The position numbers and the translations under genes are program-made. A DNA stretch of 64,000 bases. Source: Parcubacteria group bacterium (lineage in GTDB: Bacteria > Patescibacteriota > Minisyncoccia > Phycocordibacterales > CSBR16-119). The notes beneath the pieces are model-generated. The model worked only from the letters and a program-made list of their open reading frames with translations, was not told the origin of the DNA and searched no databases. The DNA lies in NCBI GenBank assembly GCA_943356745.1, contig CALRFT010000001.1, positions 75,946-139,945 on the forward strand. The letters run 5' to 3'. Positions 47,059 to 55,937 of the stretch are shown here, piece after piece (the stretch's first letter is position 1; each line of letters opens with the position of its first letter).

Positions 47059-47511
47059 ATGACACCATATCTTATTGGAATAATTATACTTGGTATTCTT
47101 GTTATCGCTCTTTCATATCTTGTCTTCCTTCTCAATAAAAGAATTACAATTCTTTTACGAGGAAAAAATGGAAAAGATCTAGAAGAAAGTATCAAAAAAA
47201 TAACTGAAGAATTGGAAGATATATACGGAAGACTTCATCAACACAGCGATACCCTCAAAAATCACAATACTCGAATCAGTAATTCCATCAAAAAAGTTCC
47301 AACCATTCGTTTCAATCCTTTTTCAGATTCTGGGGGAAATCAAAGCTTTGCTTCTGCTTTCATCACAGAAGATGGAAACGGGGTTGTGATTTCAAGTCTC
47401 TATTCTCGAGAAAAGACATCAGTCTTTGCAAAACCAATTAAAGGATTTAGTTCTACCTTTGAACTAACAAACGAAGAAAAAGACGTGCTTGAACAAGCAA
47501 AGAAACAGTAA
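47059..47511 (+). CDS. DUF4446-like membrane-anchored protein
   Basis: N-terminal TM, coiled-coil, C-terminal region resembling the DUF4446 family. Confidence 0.5.
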   Translation: MTPYLIGIIILGILVIALSYLVFLLNKRITILLRGKNGKDLEESIKKITEELEDIYGRLHQHSDTLKNHNTRISNSIKKVPTIRFNPFSDSGGNQSFASAFITEDGNGVVISSLYSREKTSVFAKPIKGFSSTFELTNEEKDVLEQAKKQ

Positions 47512-47545
47512 AAAGAGGCGGCCTTCGGCCGCCTCTTTTCATTTC
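47512..47545 (+). terminator. intrinsic terminator
   Basis: GAGGCGGCC-TTC-GGCCGCCTC + T-run. Confidence 0.8.
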
Positions 47546-47590
47546 CAAAAAACATTGCGTTATAAGCGTTTTTCGTATACACTGGCAGGT

Positions 47591-49087
47591 ATGAATAACT
47601 CCAAAGTTCAAAGAGCGCCAATAGTTGCAATCATGGGACACGTAGACCACGGAAAGTCTACGCTTTTGGACTTTATCCGAAAAACAAACGTTGTTGCAGG
47701 AGAAGCTGGAGGAATTACACAGCATATTTCAGCATACGAAGTTCATCACAAAGATGAGGAAGGAAATGAACGGAAGATTACCTTTCTTGATACCCCGGGA
47801 CATGAGGCATTTACAAAAATGCGTATTCGAGGAGCAGAAATTGCAGATATTGCGATTTTGGTTGTATCAGCAGAAGATGGAGTAAAACAACAAACTATCG
47901 AAGCGTACGAAACAATCAAACAAGCAAATATTCCTTTTATTGTTGCGATTAACAAAATTGATAAACCTGGAGCAAATATTGATCAAACTAAAGCAAATCT
48001 CTCTGAACATGGAATCTATGTAGAAGGTTTCGGAGGAACGATTCCTTTTGTTCCAATTTCAGCAAAACAAGGAACAAATATTCCTGAACTTTTGAGTACA
48101 ATTATTCTTGTGTCTGATCTTGAAGAATTTCATGGTAATCCAAACTTACCAGCAGAAGGAATTGTGATCGAATCTCACACTGACGCAAAGGCAGGAATTT
48201 CAGCAACTCTCATCATTAAAAACGGAAAAATTTCTCGTGGACAATTTGTAGTAGCTGGAAATACTGTTTGTCCAACACGAATGCTTACAGACTTTCTTGG
48301 GAAAGCTATAGAATCAGCAGAATTCTCTTCCCCAGTACAAGTGACTGGGTGGTCAGCTGTTCCTCCAGTTGGGTCTGTTTTTCAAGTTTTTGATACAAAA
48401 AAAGAAGCTGAGAAAGCTCTAGAAAATAGTAAAGAAAATGAATGTGACATTCTTTCGAGTTTGAATGAAATAGCAACAAGTGAAACAAAACTTATTCCTC
48501 TCATTATCAGAACAGATGTTGTTGGAACATTTGATGCGCTCGATAAGCAAATTTCAAAACTACAAAGACCAGAAGTGGCGTACAAATTAGTCAGTCGAGG
48601 TGTTGGAAATATTTCTGAAGGAGATATTACATTTGCACAAGCTGATAAGGACGTAATTATCATTGGGTTTAATGTTGGTATGGATAAAAACGCAACAGAA
48701 CTCAACATGCAAGTAAATGCCACAATGAAAATTTCAAATGTTATCTACGAAATCACCGAATGGCTCGAAATAGAAATGGAAAAAAGACGCCCTCGAAAAT
48801 CTGTAGCTGATATCACAGGGTCTCTCAAAGTACTGAAAATATTTAGTGCGATGAAAGACAAACAAGTAATCGGCGGCGAAATTTTAGAAGGTGTGTTTGT
48901 AATCAACAAACAAGGAAGACTTGTTCGAAAAGGAGAAATCATCGCACACGGAACTGTTCGAAATCTACAACAAAACAAAATTGAGGCCAAGGAGGTAAAA
49001 GAAGGTCAATGTGGTCTTATGTTTGAAACAAAAGAATCTATTGAACCAGGAGACATTATTGAGCTTTTCACAATGATTGAAAAATAA
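47591..49087 (+). CDS. infB: translation initiation factor IF-2, short form lacking N-terminal domains
   Basis: G-domain (GHVDHGKST, DTPGH, NKID), domain II and C2; start taken at MNNSKVQRAPIV after the terminator. Confidence 0.85.
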   Translation: MNNSKVQRAPIVAIMGHVDHGKSTLLDFIRKTNVVAGEAGGITQHISAYEVHHKDEEGNERKITFLDTPGHEAFTKMRIRGAEIADIAILVVSAEDGVKQQTIEAYETIKQANIPFIVAINKIDKPGANIDQTKANLSEHGIYVEGFGGTIPFVPISAKQGTNIPELLSTIILVSDLEEFHGNPNLPAEGIVIESHTDAKAGISATLIIKNGKISRGQFVVAGNTVCPTRMLTDFLGKAIESAEFSSPVQVTGWSAVPPVGSVFQVFDTKKEAEKALENSKENECDILSSLNEIATSETKLIPLIIRTDVVGTFDALDKQISKLQRPEVAYKLVSRGVGNISEGDITFAQADKDVIIIGFNVGMDKNATELNMQVNATMKISNVIYEITEWLEIEMEKRRPRKSVADITGSLKVLKIFSAMKDKQVIGGEILEGVFVINKQGRLVRKGEIIAHGTVRNLQQNKIEAKEVKEGQCGLMFETKESIEPGDIIELFTMIEK

Positions 49088-49090
49088 TAT

Positions 49091-49432
49091 ATGGCAAGTG
49101 AACGACAACTAAAAATGAGTGAACTTATCCGAAAACACGCGGCTAGTTTTATTGAGCGTGAAAGTACACCTCAGTCCTTAATTACAGTTACCAATGTTTC
49201 TATTTCTCCCGACTTTAAAAATACAACAATATTTTTTACAACCATTCCCGAAAAAGAACAAAACACCGCCCTTCTCTTTCTCCAAAGAAAACGAAGTGAC
49301 TTACGAGATTATTTGAAAAAACAAATGAAAACTCGTATAATTCCTTTTGTTGATATAAAAATCGACGAAGGAGAAAGAAATAGACAAAAAATAGATCAAC
49401 TTCTTTTTGAAGAAAATCACAAAGAAGATTAA
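49091..49432 (+). CDS. rbfA: ribosome-binding factor A
   Basis: 113 aa, RbfA KH-like fold pattern; directly downstream of infB. Confidence 0.8.
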   Translation: MASERQLKMSELIRKHAASFIERESTPQSLITVTNVSISPDFKNTTIFFTTIPEKEQNTALLFLQRKRSDLRDYLKKQMKTRIIPFVDIKIDEGERNRQKIDQLLFEENHKED

Positions 49433-49443
49433 TCCTTTCTTGC

Positions 49444-49527
49444 GCCCGGATGGTGGAATTGGTAGACACGCAAGACTTAAAATTTTGTGGCTTTATAGCC
49501 GTGCGGGTTCGATTCCCGCTCCGGGCA
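49444..49527 (+). tRNA. tRNA-Leu (anticodon UAA)
   Basis: GCCCGGA/TCCGGGC acceptor, anticodon loop CUUAAAA, long variable arm. Confidence 0.8.
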
Positions 49528-49576
49528 CAAATTAAAAGAGTGGAACGCAAAGCGTCCACTCTTTTAATTTAAACAT

Positions 49577-49649
49577 GAGGCGTAGGCGGGAATCGAACCC
49601 GCGCATGGCGGTTTTGCAGACCGCAGCGTTACCACTTCGCCACTACGCC
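49577..49649 (-). tRNA. tRNA-Cys (anticodon GCA)
   Basis: GGCGUAG/CUACGCC acceptor, anticodon loop CUGCAAA, T-arm GCGGG-TTCGATT-CCCGC. Confidence 0.8.
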
Positions 49650-49752
49650 TTAAAATAGGACTTACAGAGTGTATCACTTTTCAAACATTTTTACCAGTAA
49701 AATATAGACAAATTTTCTTTTATGTGATACCTTTTTAAGGTGGAAATAAAAA

Positions 49753-49825
49753 CCCTCCGTAGCTCAGATGGTAGAGCAGCTCCCTCTTAAGGAGACGGTC
49801 CTAGGTTCGATCCCTAGCGGGGGGA
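49753..49825 (+). tRNA. tRNA-Lys (anticodon CUU)
   Basis: Canonical D-arm GCTCAGATGGTAGAGC, anticodon loop CUCUUAA, T-arm CTAGG-TTCGATC-CCTAG. Confidence 0.8.
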
Positions 49826-49864
49826 CAAAAACATTACGGTAATGTTTTTAAATAAACAATATAT

Positions 49865-49949
49865 GCGGATGTGGTGAAATTGGTATACACGTTAGTCTTA
49901 GGAACTAATGCCTTACGGCGTGGAGGTTCAAGTCCTCTCATCCGCACCA
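49865..49949 (+). tRNA. tRNA-Leu (anticodon UAG), CCA encoded
   Basis: GCGGATG/CATCCGC acceptor, anticodon loop CUUAGGA, long variable arm; followed by a 15-bp-stem hairpin. Confidence 0.8.
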
Positions 49950-50074
49950 AACATACAAAAAAGTCTTTTCGAAGAGGCTTTTTTGTATGTTTGGTGCTTT
50001 TATTGCAATACTTGACAAAATATATATAAATGTTATATAATATGTGAAAATAACAAACAAAATTCTTTGAAAAC

Positions 50075-51034
50075 ATGAACAATACAATTCGCCAACGCAC
50101 AGAAACAAATGGTAGAGTTGTCATTAGCCCTATTACCTCTCAACTTGCTGGTATTTTTATTTCAGCCTCTCTCTTTCTTGTTGTCTTCATTATTTTTGAA
50201 GACACCATCGCAGAATCAACTCGCGGCTTTTTTCGCTGGTTACTCAGAATCGTGATATATTATTTTACTGCAAGACTTGCTATAAAATTTTTTAAAGCAG
50301 GACTTGGTGAAATTATTCCGATTGGTTCCTATGGTATTCCAAGGATATTTGGTAAACCTCAAGAAGGTTATCTGTATGGCCCTGGACGCTACTGGGATTT
50401 TCCTGGAAAAGGAAACAAGTCTGTTATTGTTGATATGAGATCAGAAAGTATTGATCTCAAAATTACAGTAACCACCTTTGATAATCTCAAGATGATTTGT
50501 CTACTTTATCTTAACTACTATGTATACAATCCCAATGTGTATGCTGAAGTAAAAGATTTTAAAAAGACTCTTGAATCAATGCTGAGTCAAGCCTTTCTTG
50601 ATTTATCATCAACAACAATCGCAGCAGACATGCTTCAGTTAAAAAAAGCAGATATCCGAGAAAAAATCGTGGAAGCCATCAGGGATATCGAGGGGCCTGG
50701 TTTCAAAATTGAAGATTTTGGAATTGAGATCCAGCAAGCAACAATCTCTGTCGGTGACGGTTTTGATTTTGTTGACCAAAAAACACGAGATGCTTTTGAG
50801 GCTGTAACCCGCGAAGAAAAACAAAGAGACTCTGAAATAACTGAGAAAAACCATTTCTCAAAACTTGCACAAGAATTAGTCGATGAAAGTAAGGGGAAAA
50901 TGACTTACAACGAAGCTTTTCTTCGTATTCAGCAACTTTACGGACGAAACGCACCTAAAGAAACAGTGGTTCGTATTCCCGGTCTCACAGAAGAAGCAGT
51001 TGGGAATGTTTTGAGTAAAATTTTTAAACCTTAA
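50075..51034 (+). CDS. SPFH/band-7-like membrane protein
   Basis: N-terminal TM helices followed by an SPFH-like core (…RYWDFPGKG…VDMRSESIDLKITVTTFDNL…GIEIQQATIS). Confidence 0.55.
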   Translation: MNNTIRQRTETNGRVVISPITSQLAGIFISASLFLVVFIIFEDTIAESTRGFFRWLLRIVIYYFTARLAIKFFKAGLGEIIPIGSYGIPRIFGKPQEGYLYGPGRYWDFPGKGNKSVIVDMRSESIDLKITVTTFDNLKMICLLYLNYYVYNPNVYAEVKDFKKTLESMLSQAFLDLSSTTIAADMLQLKKADIREKIVEAIRDIEGPGFKIEDFGIEIQQATISVGDGFDFVDQKTRDAFEAVTREEKQRDSEITEKNHFSKLAQELVDESKGKMTYNEAFLRIQQLYGRNAPKETVVRIPGLTEEAVGNVLSKIFKP

Positions 51035-51039
51035 AAATT

Positions 51040-51471
51040 ATGGCAAGCAGATTCACAAAAATGTGGCAATGGTGCATTAACCATGCAATCTTTTTAGGGA
51101 CATCACTTCTTTTTGTAACACTTCTTATTATTGCCATATATTCTTTTACACCAAGTAACACGAGTGACAAGAGAATGGCAAAAAATGAAGAAAGTATCCA
51201 AGAAGAACAAAAGGAAGGTTTTGTAAAAACCGAAGATGGGTACATAATCTATGACGCAATGGAGAATGTAACCATGCAAAAAGGTGAAATTCGAACTTTT
51301 CGAGTTCCTCTTGGAGTACAGATCAGAAGAAAACATACTGAAGGAGTGATTGAAAAACATTCAACCTCCCGAGGACACAAATATGTTCTCGTTGCAAAAA
51401 CAAATGCAACATTTGATCTTGTGTGGGTTATAGAGAAAGGTTTTGAACATAAAGTCAAACCAAAATCATAA
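51040..51471 (+). CDS. hypothetical membrane-anchored protein (possible NfeD-like partner of the SPFH protein)
   Basis: N-terminal TM; C-terminal beta-rich segment; position downstream of the SPFH gene. Confidence 0.4.
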   Translation: MASRFTKMWQWCINHAIFLGTSLLFVTLLIIAIYSFTPSNTSDKRMAKNEESIQEEQKEGFVKTEDGYIIYDAMENVTMQKGEIRTFRVPLGVQIRRKHTEGVIEKHSTSRGHKYVLVAKTNATFDLVWVIEKGFEHKVKPKS

Positions 51472-51571
51472 ACCAAAAAGCTCTTTAAAACCCTGCAAAC
51501 ATGCAGGGTTTTTCTTTTGTCTTTTTTAAAAAATTCCAAATTAAAAAACTCGCCGAGATGGCGAGTTTTTA

Positions 51572-51928
51572 TTATTGAACCTGAACTTCTCCAGTATCAA
51601 CATTGATTGTGTTTGTATTTTCATTAATCTGCACTTCATCGATACCAAGAGTCGATGTAAGAATTCTGAGAATAAAAAATACTGAAGTCATTATTGCAAG
51701 TCCTACTAGACCCCACATGATATGATCTCTTCCCTTTATTTTTGCGTCAGCACTATCTTTATTGAGAGTATATTCAATAATACCCCAGATAAAGATAATG
51801 AAAGCGAGAGCGAAAAGTATACGGATTATTGGGTTTACAATGTAGTAGTTTATCTTAAGCAGAGCCTGGTCAAGATTCATTGCATATGCTGTTTTAGCAA
51901 AAAGCTCAAGCATATATAATACTAACAA
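51572..51928 (-). CDS. two-TM VirB2/TrbC-like (T4SS-pilin-like) small protein, paralog 1; alt start 51913
   Basis: Hydrophobic helix – basic/acidic loop (NKDSADAKIKGRD) – hydrophobic helix – C-terminal …LTSTLGID motif shared with neighbours. Confidence 0.6.
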   Translation of the reverse strand: MLVLYMLELFAKTAYAMNLDQALLKINYYIVNPIIRILFALAFIIFIWGIIEYTLNKDSADAKIKGRDHIMWGLVGLAIMTSVFFILRILTSTLGIDEVQINENTNTINVDTGEVQVQ

Positions 51929-52284
51929 CCGCCTTCAACCTGCGGAATTCCTTGAATACAAGGCACATCTTGAATTTGTATTTGGTTGCTATCATCAAGA
52001 CCAAAAGTATTTTGCACAATTCGGATGATTCCCCAGAAAGCAACAATCACAAAGAGTCCTATGAGACCATTTACAATTTCTTCACTCTTACCCTTCCCCA
52101 TAATGTACTTTACAACCGTATAGATAAAGTACGCAATAGCAGCAATGATAAGAATAGTAATGATTGTGTTAATAAGATCAATAATGGTAGTTAAAACACC
52201 TTGTGCATTTTGAGCAAATGCCGCAATTGGTGCAAGTGACAAAACTCCTAACACAGCAGCAAATAATGAGAAACTTTTTTTCAT
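51922..52284 (-). CDS. two-TM VirB2/TrbC-like (T4SS-pilin-like) small protein, paralog 2
   Basis: Signal peptide MKKSFSLFAAVLGVLSLAPIAAFA, TM1, loop KYIMGKGKSEEI, TM2, C-terminal IRIVQNTFGLD. Confidence 0.65.
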   Translation of the reverse strand: MKKSFSLFAAVLGVLSLAPIAAFAQNAQGVLTTIIDLINTIITILIIAAIAYFIYTVVKYIMGKGKSEEIVNGLIGLFVIVAFWGIIRIVQNTFGLDDSNQIQIQDVPCIQGIPQVEGGC

Positions 52285-52402
52285 AATTATGTAAATTAAT
52301 TTAATAAATTTATATATAAATATCGTCTTTCAACGCTTGGTTAGATTATATCACGCAAAAACCCCTATTTTTAAAAGTAAAAATAGGGGTGTGGAAATCA
52401 AA

Positions 52403-52822
52403 CTATTGGGTTTCTGGGAGAAGTGGAATACCACCGCCTGAAATTCCAAAAGTATTTCGAATAATTTCAATAAGGCCAGAAATTGAAAACAAGACAAACA
52501 TACCAATTAAAGCACCGATAATATAAGATCTTGCTTCTTCTCTTTTCTTTGCATTATCAGGATTGAGAAAGAATTGAATAACTCCATAAATAAACACAGC
52601 GAGCGCAATTATATACAAAAGAGGTACTATTGATTTAATAACCAGACAGGTAGCGTAGTCTATAATATCTTTAAAAGTATTAATACTTCCCCCAAACAAC
52701 GCATCGCAAGCTGGTGCCGAAGAAGATGGAGTTGTTTGCCCAAAAGAAACTAATGGAATAACTAGAAAAGAAAATATAACACTATGTACTATTATTGAAC
52801 TTAATTTTTTTTTGATTTGCAT
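52403..52822 (-). CDS. two-TM VirB2/TrbC-like (T4SS-pilin-like) small protein, paralog 3; ORF-track start 52870
   Basis: Signal peptide, TM1, loop NPDNAKKREEARS, TM2, C-terminal IEIIRNTFGIS. Confidence 0.6.
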   Translation of the reverse strand: MQIKKKLSSIIVHSVIFSFLVIPLVSFGQTTPSSSAPACDALFGGSINTFKDIIDYATCLVIKSIVPLLYIIALAVFIYGVIQFFLNPDNAKKREEARSYIIGALIGMFVLFSISGLIEIIRNTFGISGGGIPLLPETQ

Positions 52823-52826
52823 ATAG

Positions 52827-53822
52827 TTACGAAACAATAAGATTGATAGTGTTTGTAAGGATTGTTGCAATAGTCCAAGCTCCGAGAACTACCGCTGAAC
52901 CGATAATTGTATACAAGAGTAGTTTTTTCGCATCAGCGATTTTTGTTGGATTTCCACGAGCTGCTACAAATCTAAATCCTGTATACACGAGAGCAAGGAC
53001 AATAATTGGTATTCCAGCTCGCATGATTATTCCTAGTAAAGATTCTACAAATTGTGGAAGACTACTTCCATCTCCAAGTGGATTTTCAATACAGGAGGTT
53101 TGTCCATCAGTCTGACAGTTAAGAGTTTCGGGTGTATATTGAGCATTTGATTGTGAATCATCATCTGGAGCTGTTCCAGATTGTGAATCATCATCTGGAG
53201 CTGTTCCGGATTGTGAATCATTAATATTTTGATTATTTGGATCATTTGGACTTATATATGCCCCAGGAACATAACCAGGAGTTGAGGACCAGACAGTGCC
53301 AATATATGACCACAATTGATTTCCATTACAATTATCATCACACTCATAAGCAAAACTGAGTGTATTACTTCCTTGAAAATCAATGTCTGTTTGCCCAGAT
53401 TCAAAAGCAAGATAAAAATTACATTCAGTTACCAATTCACATTCTTCACCTCCAGCCCGAAAGACTAAAGTCTGAACAAGTGATGAAGCTTGAACAATAT
53501 AACTAGCACTAATTACTTCGTCATCGAAAACATCTCCAGTAACAATTATCTCATCATCCTCTTCCATAATTGAAAGTGTGACTTGTTGTCCTGCACAGTC
53601 TTGATTAAACTCAACATCAAGATATACGTATGGCTGGGAGTTGTTTTCAGCAAAAGCGTCAGTATACCAATTGTCATCAAATGTAATTCCTTCAGCGTGA
53701 CGAAATAATCCAGATGTAATTTGACAAGCGGCCAGAGTTTTATTTGGAAATGAGAAGACTATCAAACCAAAGAAAACCAGAAGACTATATTGAATTATTT
53801 TTTTACTTAAAAAATATTTCAT
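52827..53822 (-). CDS. pilin-like protein with Cys-rich ~250-aa N-terminal ectodomain fused to C-terminal two-TM pilin module; ORF-track start 53897
   Basis: Signal peptide MKYFLSKKIIQYSLLVFFGLIVFSFPNKTLA; ectodomain with about 12 Cys and DSQSGTAPDD repeats; C-terminal GIPIIVLALVYTGFRFVAARGNPTKIADAKK…TM2; ATG 2 nt after the upstream gene stop. Confidence 0.65.
   Translation of the reverse strand: MKYFLSKKIIQYSLLVFFGLIVFSFPNKTLAACQITSGLFRHAEGITFDDNWYTDAFAENNSQPYVYLDVEFNQDCAGQQVTLSIMEEDDEIIVTGDVFDDEVISASYIVQASSLVQTLVFRAGGEECELVTECNFYLAFESGQTDIDFQGSNTLSFAYECDDNCNGNQLWSYIGTVWSSTPGYVPGAYISPNDPNNQNINDSQSGTAPDDDSQSGTAPDDDSQSNAQYTPETLNCQTDGQTSCIENPLGDGSSLPQFVESLLGIIMRAGIPIIVLALVYTGFRFVAARGNPTKIADAKKLLLYTIIGSAVVLGAWTIATILTNTINLIVS
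53151..53222 (-). repeat. 30-bp tandem repeat (~2.4 copies) encoding DSQSGTAPDD units in the pilin-ectodomain gene
   Basis: ttgtgaatcatcatctggagctgttcc[a/g]ga repeated in tandem. Confidence 0.85.
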
Positions 53823-53824
53823 GA

Positions 53825-54613
53825 TTATACGAAAAAGATAATAATAGACGCTGTAAGATCGATAAGAGTGGAATGAATAAGTTGTGCCAAAGCCCACGCT
53901 GCAAGGAGAATCGCACCACCAATAAGAGTATACAGAAACATATCATGAGCTTTTTTAATTTCACCTGGATTACCTCGAGCAAAGAGATAAAGCCATCCTG
54001 AGTATACAATCATTACAACAAGAAGTGGTATTCCTATTTTAAGTAAGCCTTCAAAAACTTTCTGAATTAATTCTGGAATTGAATTTATAGAAATAGGATT
54101 TTCAATTTCAACCTGTGTCACTTCTGGAGTTTGAGATAATGTAGAACCAGACCCAGAAGATGTTGACAAATTTGTATTTACTCCCGCACTTGAGCAAGAT
54201 GAACTATTTACTATTTCTGAAATAATATTTGATTGACTTACTGTTTGACCACCTGCCGCAGTTTTTTCCTGAACGATAAACTGATAATTACCATTTCCAA
54301 TGAAAGCAGATCCTATGAAAGGCTCATTATCAAGAACTCCATCAAGTGGGATTGATACAATATTATCATTATTATTTTGAACTATATTATTGTCTTCAAT
54401 TTCATTGATAACTAATACAAAATAATTTCCGTTTGTAAAAGTGCTTGGGTTAATTGATAGACTAAAAGTTCCATTCAACTGACAAGAACTATTCAACGAT
54501 GGATTTACCGAAAAAGTTTGAAACTGAGCAACCGCAAACATCTCTTGAGGCGTAAACACACAGATGATTAAAGTTACATAAAAAACGATTATTGTAAAAA
54601 ATTTTGTTTTCAT
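53825..54613 (-). CDS. pilin-like protein with Ser/Asn-rich ~180-aa N-terminal ectodomain fused to two-TM pilin module; ORF-track start 54661
   Basis: Signal peptide MKTKFFTIIVFYVTLIICVFTPQEMFA; C-terminal GIPLLVVMIVYSGWLYLFARGNPGEIKKAHD…TM2. Confidence 0.65.
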   Translation of the reverse strand: MKTKFFTIIVFYVTLIICVFTPQEMFAVAQFQTFSVNPSLNSSCQLNGTFSLSINPSTFTNGNYFVLVINEIEDNNIVQNNNDNIVSIPLDGVLDNEPFIGSAFIGNGNYQFIVQEKTAAGGQTVSQSNIISEIVNSSSCSSAGVNTNLSTSSGSGSTLSQTPEVTQVEIENPISINSIPELIQKVFEGLLKIGIPLLVVMIVYSGWLYLFARGNPGEIKKAHDMFLYTLIGGAILLAAWALAQLIHSTLIDLTASIIIFFV

Positions 54614-54623
54614 TTTATTATGT

Positions 54624-55937
54624 TTATATTCCAAGAATTTGAGTAATAACCCCACTTGCATCAGTGTAGCCGAGAATAACGAGAATAAATTTTACGATCA
54701 CCCAAGCCCCCATCGCAAACACAATTCCGAGTAAGACTTGACCAAACAAACTTTTTGCTTCAGAAAGAGCCGCTTGTTTTCCTTGTGATCTTGCGATAAT
54801 AAGCTTAATACCTGACCAAGCAAACATAATCGCAGCAAGAGGAAGAATGATCACATATAACATAAACTTAATAATCCTATCTATCGTTTCAAGAAGTTGA
54901 TTAAAGTCACAATCATATATTTCCCCATAGCCACATTGAGTAAAGCCTTGTTCTATGTTTTCCCCCTGCAATTCTGACACACCAAACGTGCCATCAATAT
55001 TTATATTTATGGTACCCGCTACACCTGAACCTGTAATACCATTTGATCCTGCCCCATTTCCATTACTCTGAACGCCGGTAGTAAAAGATTCATATGGAAG
55101 ATTTGAATCAGTATTAATAATAATAGAACCACCACTATTCATAATAGTAAGGTAGTATGTTGTATTGTTTTGTAATCCAGATATTTCAAGTGGGACATTG
55201 CCTCCATTTGTTGTAAACAAGAGTGTTTGAACTGGTCCTGTAAAATTAGGATTTACAACTTGAGAATTAGAAGAATACACCACAGGAAAAGTTAAACCTG
55301 AATCTAAGCTTGAAGTATCAACAACAAAACTAACGCTATTTTGACTTGGTAAAATATTTTCAATACTTGCTGTTCCAGGAATATTTTGACCACTTGTCTG
55401 CAAGGCTTGATTTACACCTGTTGGACTACAGTTTGAAACTACTGGAGTACTTGGCTGACAAGATGAACTAATTGTTCCATCTGCATTAGGTGTGCAGATT
55501 GTAGTTATATCATCTGTTTGGTTTTGTGGTGTGATAATGTGATAAGTTCCATCTGAAGCAACTTCGACAAATTGAACAATATATTTTGTTGCAGGTTGTA
55601 AATTATTCCCAATTGACATATTGATAGCAGTCTCAAGAGGTTCCACACTTGGAGTATGTGTACCGTATGTCCAAACAGGATTATCAATAGTACTGTAAGG
55701 AGCTGTTCTAGCACGAACGTTAGTTGGTGTTGTTGAGTAAAAAGTTGCAAGCAGACACATGCCGGGTGTATTACCACTCACAAAACCAGAGTAAGCATTA
55801 AACTCTACAACTTCGCCAATATGAAGAGCTTCGGTTGATACTTGAGCCTCGGAATAAAAAGGTAAAAATAAAAATAGCAATATCCCTAATAAGATATTAT
55901 GTAATATTTTTTTAATTGTAATATTAGAAAGCGTCAT
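54624..55937 (-). CDS. pilin-like protein with ~330-aa N-terminal ectodomain fused to two-TM pilin module
   Basis: Signal peptide; Thr/Ser/Asn-rich beta-rich ectodomain; C-terminal …IILPLAAIMFAWSGIKLIIARSQGKQAALSEAKS…TM2. Confidence 0.65.
   Translation of the reverse strand: MTLSNITIKKILHNILLGILLFLFLPFYSEAQVSTEALHIGEVVEFNAYSGFVSGNTPGMCLLATFYSTTPTNVRARTAPYSTIDNPVWTYGTHTPSVEPLETAINMSIGNNLQPATKYIVQFVEVASDGTYHIITPQNQTDDITTICTPNADGTISSSCQPSTPVVSNCSPTGVNQALQTSGQNIPGTASIENILPSQNSVSFVVDTSSLDSGLTFPVVYSSNSQVVNPNFTGPVQTLLFTTNGGNVPLEISGLQNNTTYYLTIMNSGGSIIINTDSNLPYESFTTGVQSNGNGAGSNGITGSGVAGTININIDGTFGVSELQGENIEQGFTQCGYGEIYDCDFNQLLETIDRIIKFMLYVIILPLAAIMFAWSGIKLIIARSQGKQAALSEAKSLFGQVLLGIVFAMGAWVIVKFILVILGYTDASGVITQILGI

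Noticed and set aside
49834-50124. ORF 49834..50124 (−)
   Set aside because: It overlaps tRNA-Leu(UAG) and its terminator hairpin on the opposite strand, so it is spurious.
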